Below are positions 1 to 11,565 of a stretch of 64,000 nt of DNA, piece by piece (position 1 is the first letter of the stretch; the number at the start of each line of letters is the position of its first letter). Made by a program: the position numbers and the translations under genes. The notes under the pieces were generated by a model. It had not been told where the DNA came from. It did no database searches and saw only the letters and a program-made list of their open reading frames with translations. This DNA is from Eledone cirrhosa (lineage: Eukaryota). The stretch is from the NCBI GenBank assembly GCA_964016885.1, contig OZ024740.1, positions 153,636,001 through 153,700,000 of the forward strand, written 5' to 3'.

Positions 1-1446
1 CAACTGAAAACATAAAAAAATCTAATATGATGTTTGTGGCGTACTTTTCACATGAGGAGCAGAGAACACAGACATGCTCTTAATGATAAAACTGGTGAAA
101 AACTGGGCTTGTGGCGGATAGAGCAAATAATGTTATTGGACATCATAATTCTGTGTTTTCGTTATTCAGAAATATTAGCCCAAAGATTACGTTTGTAAAC
201 GTTACATACCAAAGTTTGGTTTCATACTGCCAAAAGGTGATTGCTTGCTTCCCTTTTAATTTAACTTCGCTGTTATCAGAAGTTTCAAATTGATTTAGCG
301 CTGGCGCCCTTTGTCGAGGTGATTACAAGTAAAATTCATTAATGAATGATGTGCATGCTTCCAAACATTTGTCAGTTTAAGCACGATCAGTTGGGTGGCC
401 AAAAGGGAATATATACAGATAATCCTTCAGCTATGGGGAAGTTCAAAGCTTAATTTATGTCAATTGTTGAAAAGGAAATGAATCACATGGTTTGTACTCT
501 AAGTGATATGCTTCAAGACGAAACCAGTAAACCTTATCTTCACTTCGCTTGTATCTTATCTTGAATTTCGTACTTGTAAGTGCAGTTTTCTTAAAATTTC
601 AAATCTCAACTTTAACTAACTACTTAAAGAGTTTGTACTACAATCGTGTACTAAGATTTCCGACCAAGAAACGATGCGCAACACTTTTACTGTGGTGATA
701 AACTCGGAGAAAGGTTTAAATATGATTTGGAATGCAACAACTGAAGCATAGAAACAGAAAATAGAGTTTTGAAACATAATGCATTCAAGTTCTCTTTGTT
801 GTAATTATAAACTGAAGCATTTTAGGCAAAATATGACAAAACATCTTGAAAAGTATTTTTAATGAAGCCCAGAGCAAGGTGCTAGATTTTGAGATGGAAT
901 TAAACTTTCCCGTGGATGCGGAGGCGGCAGTCGAAAGAGAAAGATGCATGATGACACAACACATCATGCTAATCTGGCTAAAATGAAAGACTAAAAGTAT
1001 TTACTAGAAAGGACCTACTTCATGAAATCTGTTTTATGTTATAATTGATAATGTTATTGCATGATTAATTGAATGCTTCAATGCTGTTAAGTGGTTGGCA
1101 GAAATTTTGATTTATTGCGAAAATATCATTCAATGATTGAAAATGAACGACGATAAAATGTGAAAGAAATATCCTAATGAACTTAACAATGAAGATCTTG
1201 TAACTGAAATGCTCGTCTTGAGATTGTCGACAATTTCAGCTGAAGCAGTATAAGCAGGAAGATCTTTAAGTTAACTAAAACATCAAAAATCTATTCAGGA
1301 TTACCATGTTTCAAACCTGACTTGCTGATTTCATTAGACTGAGTATTGAATAAACACTACCAGATACATTAAAAGCAATATGTGTTGAACCTTGCAAAAT
1401 TTATCTTAGAAGACTTGTGTTTTTTTCCTCCCGTGGCTAGGCCCTC
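1..1446 (+). mobile_element. Decayed hAT (ZMYM1/Ac-like) transposase remnant, 3' part
   Basis: Manual translation across stops and frameshifts: ~1033 FYVIIDNVIA*LIECFNAV, and ~1230-1350 TISAEAV*AGRSLS*LK..IKNLFRITMFQT*LADFIRLSIE. The second matches the hAT C-terminal dimerisation motif (AERSFSKLKLIKNYLRSTMSQxRLxxLAxLSIE). Possible TIR remnant gtggctaggccct at ~1433-1445. Confidence 0.65.
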
Positions 1447-1687
1447 ACACACCGTTCTCTCTCTCTTTGACAGTTGGCACATTTAGGATACTTTTTCATC
1501 TATGTTTGTGTAATTCGCCTAAAGGCATAATTTGTCTCTATCTGATTTGTTATGTCCCAATATGTACTGGAATGAACGATCTAAACCTTAAGGCAGCAAA
1601 ACCGTAGTGATTTCCATAGGTTGACTGAGAAGAGCAATGTTATAGACCAAGATCTCATCTCAGATGAGATTTTGGTTTTGCTTGATA

Positions 1688-1777
1688 AACAAGCCTGATG
1701 AGGAGATTGGGCTGGACTCGGATCTACAACATTAACATGGATCCTGAGTCACACATCTGTGAAACAGTCGTAACTGT
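1688..1777 (+). ncRNA. Degenerate type I hammerhead-like motif
   Basis: CTGATGA (1695), long stem II (gactc-ggatc...gatcc-tgagtc), GAAA (1761), cagtcg, TA. Helix I is poorly paired. AATAAA and (TA)n follow. Confidence 0.4.
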
Positions 1778-2239
1778 GCATAATTAATAAAGACCCTAAG
1801 GTGAAACCTCGTTTTGTTTTTAATATAAACATTCTGGCATAGCATAAAGTGCTGATTTTGGTACCTTCCTTAGTAAGCCACGAATCTACATATATATATA
1901 CAGTATATAACAAAGAGGGTGTGGTAAGATACCAGGTGGACCATAACGCATCAGAGTACTCAATACTTAGAGTAGTAGAGTGGGTAATATGAAAAGAGTC
2001 AGGACCCGGACGGCTGAGCACCGTCCGTTTCGACAGGTAGATCCGCTAAACCCAAATATACTATATATATACAGTATATATATAGTATATTTGGGTTTAA
2101 TTGATGCATATGAAATATATATCGATTATGTTTGTCATTAACAAAGCTCTACGAATATTATTTCAGAGCATCAATTATACAATGTTAAACAATATATAAA
2201 AAAGGGTATATATCGATTTAGTACCATTTATCCGAACAC

Positions 2240-2780
2240 AAATACTCGAGCATTCATATAAAAGCATCAGGGCAGCAAGAAGCTGACCATCGATCCCATA
2301 CTCCTGTAGAACCTTCCACAGCAGGTCAGAAGGAACGCGGCTATATGCCTTTTCGAGGTCTACACAACAAGAATATACCCCGTGGCAGTACTCCCATTTC
2401 TCGAAGACCTGTCGCAGTGGTAATATTTGGTCAGCTGTGGTGCATCCGGGGCGAAAATCGGACTGTTCATCAGCTAGCTTGGACCTGACAATCTTCCTTC
2501 ATCTCTTTTCCAGGCACTTAGCATAGACTTTACCGGGGAGGCTTAACAAGGAGCTCCCTCTGTAATTGGAAACATCTCTCTTGTCTCCCTTTTTTCGAAA
2601 TCAGGATTACCACTCCCAATTGCAATTATTAAGGTGCCTTTCCACAGATCTATGCCACATACGACTTATTCAGATAATAGCTTCTCTATTTAAGGCTTTT
2701 AACATATCGGGCCGGATTTCATCTTCCCCAGCAGCCTTGCCACATTTGAGCTCTTTAATGCTCTTGTGACCTCAGCTTCC
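2240..2780 (-). mobile_element. RTE-clade (Expander-like) LINE reverse transcriptase fragment
   Basis: Reverse strand reads AAGEDEIRPDMLKALN...KKGD..NYRGSSLLSLPGKVYAKCLEKR...VDLEKAYSRVPSDLLWKVLQEYGIDGQLLAAL. These are RT motifs typical of RTE elements; frameshifted. Confidence 0.8.
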
Positions 2781-3848
2781 TATTCATTATTTTTTATATA
2801 AAAATACATACATAATTATATATATTCATATATAAGTATGTATGTATGCATGTATAGTTAACGTATGTATGGATGCGTGTGTGTGTGTGTGTTTGTTTGT
2901 GTGTGTGTGTATGTTATCTTAACAGTGGATTACAAAAATGTACGTGTCCCTGAAGGAGATGTGTTGAACTATGTATGCCCACGAAACTATTCAGTAATGC
3001 ATAGATAATTCAAACTGTTTACCTAAACATTGTGTATTTCTACATTAGATGTTTTATTGCAATTTTCTTGTTTCTACTCACCCACCCTCACCACTCATTT
3101 TTCCTCTTCCCCGTTTCCATTGCAATGAAGATTTTATTTTAAATTAGATTTCATCCAATTTGTTGAATCCAGACGCACATACACACATACTCCATGTCCA
3201 CAAAAAATACGCATCCACAAATGTATATATGATGACATGCATGCGCATGCGCGTAAAATTTACATTTATACAATCCAATTACATATGCACATACGTTTAT
3301 ATGTATACAGATGCTCGCATTCATATATATTTACACATGAAATTATCATACATAAACATATATGGATGTATACAAATATCACACGCAAATATATCTATAT
3401 ATACATACATAAATTCATAAACATTCGCTTACGTACATACACATATACATACATACATGCATGCATACATACATATATACATACGTACGTACATACATAC
3501 ATCAAAATGTACATATCCACTTATAAAATGATATTAATGTTTGTACATAGATACGTGTGGGCATACACACTCACACACACATAAGCACACAGACACACAT
3601 ACGTACACACAAGAACAACAAAACAAAACAAAACAAAAAAACTCAAGCTCTCATATAGTTATACTCATAGTTCAAGCTAAGTAATCAAACAAACAAAATG
3701 GCAGCAATATAATCAAAACGAGGCTTCTTTCGACATTCCAATACAACCAACTTAAAGATGCTGAGTCATGGTGCAAAAATAACATCAAGAACATCCATAT
3801 GAAGGATTTCGTATTTTTCTCGTTCGCAGATGAGTTATTTTCTTATTC

Positions 3849-4002
<154 letters not shown>

Positions 4003-4189
4003 GTTGTATTTAATTCATTAAAAATATATTTATTCCTTAAAATAAATAAAACATTATATCTTACTTTTCCAAATATATAAATATTTGATTCTTCAAGATG
4101 TATCGAATCCTTTCTACACTTAATGTTTGTAGTATTTATTTATTCAGAACATATCATAATAACTATTTATTCATGAAGGAACAAACATG

Positions 4190-4342
4190 GGTGCACCGTT
4201 AGGGAGTTCTCTTTGGAACTACCTGATTTGGGGTTCAGTTACGTTGCATGGTACCGTAGGCAAGTGTCTTTCACTGCGGCCTCAGGCTGACCAATGCTTT
4301 GTGAGTGCAATTTAGTAGAAGGAATTTGCAGAAACCTGTCGT
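4190..4342 (+). mobile_element. Degenerate tRNA-derived SINE (second family)
   Basis: ggggttcagtt B-box-like motif, then ggcaagtgtctt...gctgaccaatgctttgtgagtg...gaaacctgtcgt, then (CA)n. Related copies at ~55225-55390, ~57493-57650 and (minus) ~59170-59300. Confidence 0.5.
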
Positions 4343-4451
4343 GCACACACACATACACACACGCACACACACATATATATATACATAATATACATACATA
4401 TATCTACATATACATATATATACATACATATATATATGTATATATATATAT

Positions 4452-5060
4452 TTCGTTTCTGAATTTGTTTAGCAAGACTCTTTATCTGAAATCGTGTGTT
4501 GAAACCGATATTGTTATACTTTGGGAGGGTCATGTTGCCAATAAGAAACACACGCACCAGTTGCTTTCACTTCAATTTATTATATATTTATAAATTTATA
4601 AATTTACAAATAGAAAATATGAGTGGAACAGCAACATCACAACTTACAATTAAGGACAAAATGAAAACACACACACACATAGAACAAACAACCAACCAAC
4701 AACATGTAAATAAATAAACAAATAGATAAATGAACACAAACACACACAGACACCCGGATGTGGCGCATGCGCAAACTAAGCACACAACACACACACAGAA
4801 ACAAAATGGCGTAGGACAGAAGAAAGGAAAGGCACAGAAACAAAGAAAGGAATCCCCAGTCACTGAAGAGGTCACAGAGTGTGTGACGAAAGGACTATGA
4901 CTATATATAAACAACTATCTGGTTGTGGAACCAACCAACCAACCAGAAATTTATAAGTTTGTAGATTTGTAAATTTATAAATTTATAAATATATAATAAA
5001 TTGAAGTGAAAGCAACTGGTGCGTGTGTTTCTTATTGGCAACATGACCCTCCCAAAGTAT

Positions 5061-5066
<6 letters not shown>
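4452..5066 (+). mobile_element. Solo PLE pseudo-LTR with 5' inversion, inserted in (TA)n; same family as the 27.8-29.4 kb PLE
   Basis: 4611-5066 closely matches 28911-29345 (last codons of the GIY-YIG ORF, HHR, tail). 4452-4605 is an inverted copy of the family 3' end. Flanked by TA-rich microsatellite on both sides. Confidence 0.85.
4858..4902 (+). ncRNA. Minimal type I hammerhead ribozyme motif (PLE pLTR)
   Basis: agtca-CTGAAGA-g-gtcaca/gagtg/tgtgac-GAAA-ggac-TA-tgact: 5-bp helix I, 6-bp helix II, vestigial helix III, CUA cleavage triplet. Confidence 0.8.
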
Positions 5067-5152
<86 letters not shown>

Positions 5153-5208
5153 ATATGTAAGTATGTATGTATACGTACATACATATATGCATACAGACGT
5201 ACAGTAGC

Positions 5209-5245
<37 letters not shown>

Positions 5246-5519
5246 CAGGCACACATATATATATATACGTATCAGTTTAGCGAACATTTATTATAATGCT
5301 CGCTTTGTCCGTTTGTAAACAAACGGACAGCCTGATTTATGCCGTACGGTGTTAAGGCAACCACGTCACCTTTTTGTTCAACACTGACACAGGAACGATG
5401 TACTAGTTTCAAGCTTGTTAGCTATCGTCAGCACCGTATACCCTTCTGCCAGATGGTTGAATGTTCAAAAGTAAGTGCCGTACTAAGAGTGAGAAATTTC
5501 ATTTCATTTCATTCTATTC

Positions 5520-5592
<73 letters not shown>

Positions 5593-5787
5593 TATATATA
5601 TATACACATATATATATATATAAATAAATATACATGGGTGTGTATGATTGTGTATCGAAGATTATATTAATAAAAGGAATTTTAACTTTGTCTGATTTGC
5701 TCGTTTTATTTACAATCCTTTAAAATTATAATGATATTATAATGAAATATTATGGTTATGGTAGAATATTAAATGTTAAATGTTAAT

Positions 5788-5826
5788 TGAACAAGTACTT
5801 TCATGCTTTCGCAATCTTCAGGTTCA
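5788..5826 (-). ncRNA. Minimal type I hammerhead ribozyme motif
   Basis: Reverse complement: tgaac-CTGAAGA-t-tgc/gaaa/gca-t-GAAA-gtac-TT-gttca. Perfect 5-bp helix I, palindromic helix III (aagtactt), CUU triplet. Confidence 0.75.
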
Positions 5827-5854
5827 TATTCAGTCAAGTTTGCAATTTTCAACA

Positions 5855-6494
5855 TATATATATGCAACGGAGGATGCCTGTCTGTCTGTCCGTGTAAATC
5901 CCTAAAACTCGAAAGTACCCGACCGATTTTTTTCAAACTTTTCACATGCGTTACTTATATTTCTTGAAGTGCAATGGGCTAAAAACAATTAGCTTTTTCT
6001 GACCTAGGCGAAAAAATGCATTTTAAAGGCATTTTAAGGCTTTTTTTGAGGCGCAACTTAAAGATAATCCAGCCGATTTCCTCGAAATTTGCAGCACACA
6101 TTAGTTTCTCCTCTCGCATTGCTGTGGACAAAAAATGTCCGATTCCATTAATGGTTTCTAGAAAATTTACGAATTACCACTGAGCATTACATGCCATTTT
6201 AATTTTCAATATAAACGCTACTTAAACATCGTAAGTAACGTATAATATTTCGTATAATATTTCGTTAAAAACACAACACTTACTTACTCCTTTCGCATAC
6301 AGGATTTCCGCAATCAGCCCCCTGACACTGCTACTGGATTCGGCCTGCTGGTGTTCTACGTTTCCAGCAGATGAACAATCATTCCCTGAGAATAAGGGAA
6401 TTCAAAAAGTACACAGCTACATTCCTCAATATTTGCATATGCGTGTTGCTATTTCACGTTTCCTACCCCATGCAACGCCGGGTCCTACTGCTAG
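5855..6494 (+). mobile_element. Non-autonomous Helitron-like element
   Basis: 5' tgtctgtctgtccgt...ccgattttttcaaacttt pattern. 3' end cccatgcaacgccggg hairpin followed after a short spacer by CTAG|T (6491-6495), the canonical Helitron 3' signature. Confidence 0.65.
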
Positions 6495-6729
6495 TATGTA
6501 TATATATATATATATATATATATTTATTTATAATGGGTATAAATCGAATTTGCTGCCGCAATATAGCAGATCCTAATCGAATTGTTTGAGTCACAAAAGC
6601 ACTCAATGATGTGAAGGTTAATACGTTTTCACCTAGAGTAAACACATTTTCACCTAGAGTAAACACCAAGAATAAGACGAGCAAAAGCATGTTGCCATAA
6701 TAATAAAACATCGATATATACAACCATGT

Positions 6730-6760
<31 letters not shown>

Positions 6761-6763
<3 letters not shown>

Positions 6764-7379
6764 AAAATGCTCTCTGATGATCCGAACATTTCCATTGGAG
6801 GTCCACCGTCGGTAAAAGCAAATGGAATAGGTAAATATTTAAATTATATTTTTTAATTTATTTAAAAAAATTGTTTGAATTTTACTTGCTCCGCTTATCT
6901 CAATTTTATAGTTCTGGTATGTCAAATTAATACCATGGAACAACCACTGTATCATAGACACCCTATATATTTCCAGGGGTACTTCGTACCTGTGGGGATA
7001 TTAATCTTTTATATTTTCTCCGTTATGTAGAGAACAAATCCGTTGTTGTATTTAGCTGCTATTTTTAGTGGCGTGATAGACAACACGTCTATGTTTACTT
7101 CCTGCTTCTACTAAGGGCTGGTTCATGCATAGGTCAAGTTTACGGCCTCATTCGATCCCGTGATAGCTGGCAGGTGGCAATATATTTTGCCGTTCCTGGG
7201 ACTTTTGTCCTAGGTAAGGAAAATGGTCTCTGATGATCCGAACATTTCCATTGGAGGTCCCAAGGATCTCCAATCTTTTGTAAGGTGAAACCGTCGGTAA
7301 AAACAAATGGAATAGGTAAATATTTAAATTATATTTTTTAATTTATTTATGTTTGAATCTTACTTGCTCCGCTTATCTC

Positions 7380-7385
<6 letters not shown>
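6761..7385 (+). repeat. Direct-repeat pair (6761-6905, 7217-7385) carrying an HHR-like motif, flanked by (TA)n
   Basis: Both copies start aaggaaaatg..ctctgatgatccgaacatttccattggaggtcc and end ttacttgctccgcttatctcaatt. Copy 2 has CTGATGA (7230)...GAAA-ccgtcgg-TA (7287-7299). Copy 1 has a ~30-nt deletion removing GAAA. Confidence 0.75.
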
Positions 7386-7446
<61 letters not shown>

Positions 7447-7881
7447 CATGTGTGTGTGTGTTTTTGTATTTGTGTGTATGTGTATGTATGGATATGTGTA
7501 TATATATATGTGTGTATGTATGTATATGTATATATATATGTATGTGTACGTGTATATATATGTGTATGTGTATATATATATGTATATATATATGTATATG
7601 TATATGTGTGTGTATGTATATGTGTGTGTGTGTGCATGTGTGTTTATCTACTTTTATACTTTTTCCTTTCCTTCTTCCTTTTCCAGCCTCACTTTCATAT
7701 AGATTATATTTTTGTTTTTAAAATCCACTGTCAATAAATACATCAGGATTTTTTCATTCTGATGACTGAAAGCAAATTTTGTTTGCTTTCAAGAAACCAC
7801 TGGTAAATGAAATAATTATCTTATGTTATTTATTACATAACTATATATATATATATATATATACATGTGTGTGTGTGTGTG

Positions 7882-7962
<81 letters not shown>

Positions 7963-8320
7963 TGTGTGTGTGTGTGCGTGCGTGTGTGCATGTACGTGTC
8001 GATGTCGTAACCTAGTGGTTTGACAAGAACGAGATCGATAAAATACGTACTAAATTTGAAACAGATAGTACTGAGGTCGATATTATTGACGCATCTGATG
8101 ACTGAAACCTGTAAGCAGTATAAAAGTATATTAGTTTGTGGTTTGACGGAATAGTTTTCACTGTCAGGCACAATTCCTCACCATATTTCTTATGGGTCTT
8201 TACGTTAAAATTCCAATTCAGGTATTGATAAAATTCCAGTCGATTACTGGGGTCAATTTAATCGATAAACCACTCCCATTAATTTTGTGCGTTTTTCTTA
8301 CTATAATTTGTTATTTATTC

Positions 8321-8648
8321 ATGTATAATACTTGTTGTATAGCTCTCATGTATATTACTTGTTGTATAGCTCTCATGTATAATACTTGTTGTATAGCTCT
8401 TATGTATAATACTTGTTGTATAGCTCTCATGTATAATACTTGTTGTATAGCTCTTATGTATAATACTTGTTGTATAGTTCTCATGTATAATACTTGTTGT
8501 ATAGCTCTTATGTATAATACTTGTTGTATAGCTCTCATGTATAACACTTGTTGTATAGCTCTTATGTATAATACTTGTTGTATAGCTCTCATGTATAATA
8601 CTTGTTGTATAGCTCTTATGTATAATACTTGTTGTATAGCTCTTATGA
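8321..8648. repeat. 27-bp minisatellite, ~12 copies
   Basis: Unit atgtataatacttgttgtatagctct(c/t), head-to-tail with no spacers. Confidence 0.97.
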
Positions 8649-8710
8649 TCAATAGCTTTACATCCATGATCCTCATAAATTAGGAAGTGTATTTTATATC
8701 CAACACTACA

Positions 8711-8712
<2 letters not shown>

Positions 8713-8742
<30 letters not shown>

Positions 8743-8835
8743 CTTCTTCTTCTTCTTCTTCTTCTTCTTCTTCTTCTTCTTCTTCTTCTTCTTCTTCTTC
8801 TTCTTCTTCTTCTTCTTCTTCTTCTTCTTCTTCTT
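8713..8835. repeat. (CTT)n microsatellite
   Basis: Pure trinucleotide run. Confidence 0.98.
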
Positions 8836-9145
8836 GATGTTATTGATTTAACCTCCCAGTTATTGATAGCCTTCACCGAGCTGATTTAGGGCAATATTGG
8901 TCTACCAGTCTTTTTGAATATTCACCATTCCTTTTCTGAAAATAATAGAATGTGGAATTTCAAGATTTGGTAAAGGTGATTTGTTGTTGTTGTTGTTTTG
9001 TTTATATATTTTGTGAGCGTTCCTGTTACGATCTTTTTATTTTATTTCATTTCTATTTCACTAGATTTTCTTCTTTATTATGCCTTTTTGCTCGATTTAC
9101 TAATTTCAAGAGATTATTGCCATCATGAGGTTGTCGTGATGAGAA

Positions 9146-9330
9146 AATAATTGTTTCTACTTTTGGCACAAGGCCAGCAATTACCCAATGCATTACTGGT
9201 ACTTTATTTTATCGACCCCGTAAGGATGAAAGGCAAAGTTAACCTCGGCGGGATTTGAACTCAGAATGGCAAGGGCCGTAACTCTATGCGTCAAAGCATG
9301 GCGTCCGACCCTCTACCGATACTGCCAAAT
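9146..9330 (-). mobile_element. tRNA-derived SINE, main family (representative minus copy)
   Basis: Consensus from copies: ggcggtggattggcagtatcggtagag (A box)...gagttcaaatcc (B box)...gcctttcatccttacggggtcgataaaataaagtaccagt...aattgctggccttgtgccaaaagtagaaacaattatt. Other minus copies at ~14965-15130, 16205-16376, 53472-53612, 53626-53812, 55055-55195, 56410-56520, 56555-56680, 57040-57165, 62335-62532, 63180-63388, 63397-63570. Confidence 0.9.
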
Positions 9331-9789
9331 AATAATAGCGAAACGTCCAAATTTATGTGCAAACATTTCTGAGAAAAAAACAATATTAATCATTGACTAA
9401 TATTGTTATTTTGTTAACATCGTATTTCTAGTTATCTTTTTAAAATCTCTGTATTTAATAAATAGACAATAATTTAACTATTTATTGTAGCAGATGGTGT
9501 CCCAAAACTGTCTATTTTCAAAATTATTCTATTTTTTTACATTTTCTTCATCAAATGAACGATCTTGTTCAGCAACTTAGTAATACATTCATCACTATTT
9601 AGACAAGTACGGTAAATATTATGCTTTAACATTATTTACAATAATTTAACTATTGTCTGAAATGATATTACCCTCAGCCGTCACAGCTGTTCTCTGAATA
9701 ACTAAGTACAACTAATATTTTGTACATTATACATATTAAACTTAAGTTCGTTACACAGAAAACACTATTTAATCATCAGACACATGGAG

Positions 9790-9990
9790 GGCGGTGGATT
9801 GGCAGTATTGATAGAGCGCAGCACAGAGTTACGTCCCTTTGCGTTCTGAGTTGAAATCCCGCTGGGGTTAGCTTTGTCTTTCATCCTTACAGGGTCGATG
9901 AATAATGCACTGGGATCGATTTAATCGACTTTCCGCTCCCCACAAATTTGTTGGATTTATGTCTATAGTAGAAATCCTATAGTAGAAACA
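9790..9990 (+). mobile_element. tRNA-derived SINE, main family (representative plus copy)
   Basis: Same consensus. Other plus copies at ~35407-35590, 39570-39800, 40160-40275, 44240-44420, 45537-45695, 47277-47410, 50139-50295, 55419-55598, 57805-57860. Confidence 0.9.
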
Positions 9991-10979
9991 TGAAAAGAAT
10001 GGAACAGATAAACACTCAAGACAAAGCGAACAAACTTAAAATCGAACCTAAGTTATATAAAAACAAATAAAGCAAATCAACCATCAAAAAAATTATTGTA
10101 GACCGGGCCATGATATATGAATTGTGAAGCAGGATTTTATTGCGATCGCAATGTGCAATTACCGTAAAACATGGTTCCAATATAAAGTCCTCCCGAAAGA
10201 AAGATCCATGTTTTACTTTCAGCTTCTACCTATTTCGTACACTCTAATCTCTAAGTATGAATCGTGAGCAAATTAATCATAAGTAGAGTAGGTTTTGCAA
10301 TAGCTGCATTAGATTGTACCATTTAATTTGTGTTGGATTAAGACAACCATAGTCACCCGAAATGGCAAAATAGTTGTGACGCAAAATCGACGTAGACGTA
10401 TAGTGCATTACCTCCCCTACTTTAATGAGAATTCTGATATTTTTTTTGTTCTAAAAGTATATTGAAATATACACAGATACTGAATCGATGTCTACCAAAC
10501 ATACTACATGATAACATTCCTCTGAATTGGCGCAAACTTGTTTGCTTCGCACTAATGATACCCAGAAAACCTTGCTGAGGTATTGGGAGTGACAAGCTTA
10601 TGACAATTATCAAATAAGTGTGCTTGTCACATGCCTGAGAAGAAAGATGCGCAAGAGTGGGTTTTATAGAAGGAAGCCCTCCTTTTTTAAAGATGATAGT
10701 TCTTTGTTGTTGTTGTTGTTGTTGTTGTATAACCAGAGATTAACCTTTCTCGAACGAGACCTATTTTCAAAGGCATTGCTGCTATGATCAATATGCATAG
10801 GGAACCTGGGACTGTATATCATCTAATGAGTGTAGTTCGGGGAAGATAGATCATGCTCAATCGACCTTTGATTTTTAATAAATGCTCGGATCTAATCATT
10901 AGAATCTTTGAGCTTTGTCTACAGGTAAAATAGTGCACGTATGTGATATTCTCAGACATGACTTCTATAAGGTTATTAG

Positions 10980-11017
<38 letters not shown>

Positions 11018-11181
11018 TACTACTACTACTACTACTACTAATAAACTAACACTTGAAGGCGGTCATCCAGGCTGGCAACTGCTGGCTCTGGCCACCTTCA
11101 AGTCTTAAACATTTCTCTCTTCTTTTCAGCCCCTTGTATTGTGTCTACCATTATTATATTCCTTTATTAGATAAATTTCGT

Positions 11182-11241
11182 AACATCTGATGATGTCATC
11201 GGGTTCTTGCAGAGCCCTGTCATTGAAATGTGCATAGTGTT
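11182..11241 (+). ncRNA. Minimal type I hammerhead ribozyme motif in a ~260-bp insert between (TA)n runs
   Basis: aacat-CTGATGA-..gggttc/ttgca/gagccc..-GAAA-tgtgca-TA-gtgtt. AUA triplet; AATAAA immediately downstream. Confidence 0.7.
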
Positions 11242-11295
11242 TATAATAAACCGTTAAAGAATTTCACCACTCCTGCCTCCTGTAATTTTACTCAA

Positions 11296-11371
<76 letters not shown>

Positions 11372-11494
11372 GGAGGTGAGTTTTATTGTAGTACAATAAA
11401 GCAATGCAGATATCGGATAAGTAGCACTCTACAGTTTGTAGGACTGGAGTATAAATAATATATAAGATCAAAAGATGATTAAAAGAGTTCCATG

Positions 11495-11565
11495 TATTTT
11501 ATTATGCGCATTTCAAAAACAAATATCATGATGCAATAACATTTGCATTTTCGTCAGATAAAATA
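11495..11565 (-). ncRNA. Hammerhead ribozyme motif (inverted pLTR copy)
   Basis: Reverse complement of the 14125-14195 motif; core intact. Confidence 0.8.

Noticed and set aside
8192-8683. CRISPR-like array or repeat protein (CCIALMYNT)n
   Set aside because: Units are contiguous with no unique spacers, there are no cas genes, and the context is eukaryotic. The ORF is a by-product of a 27-bp period.
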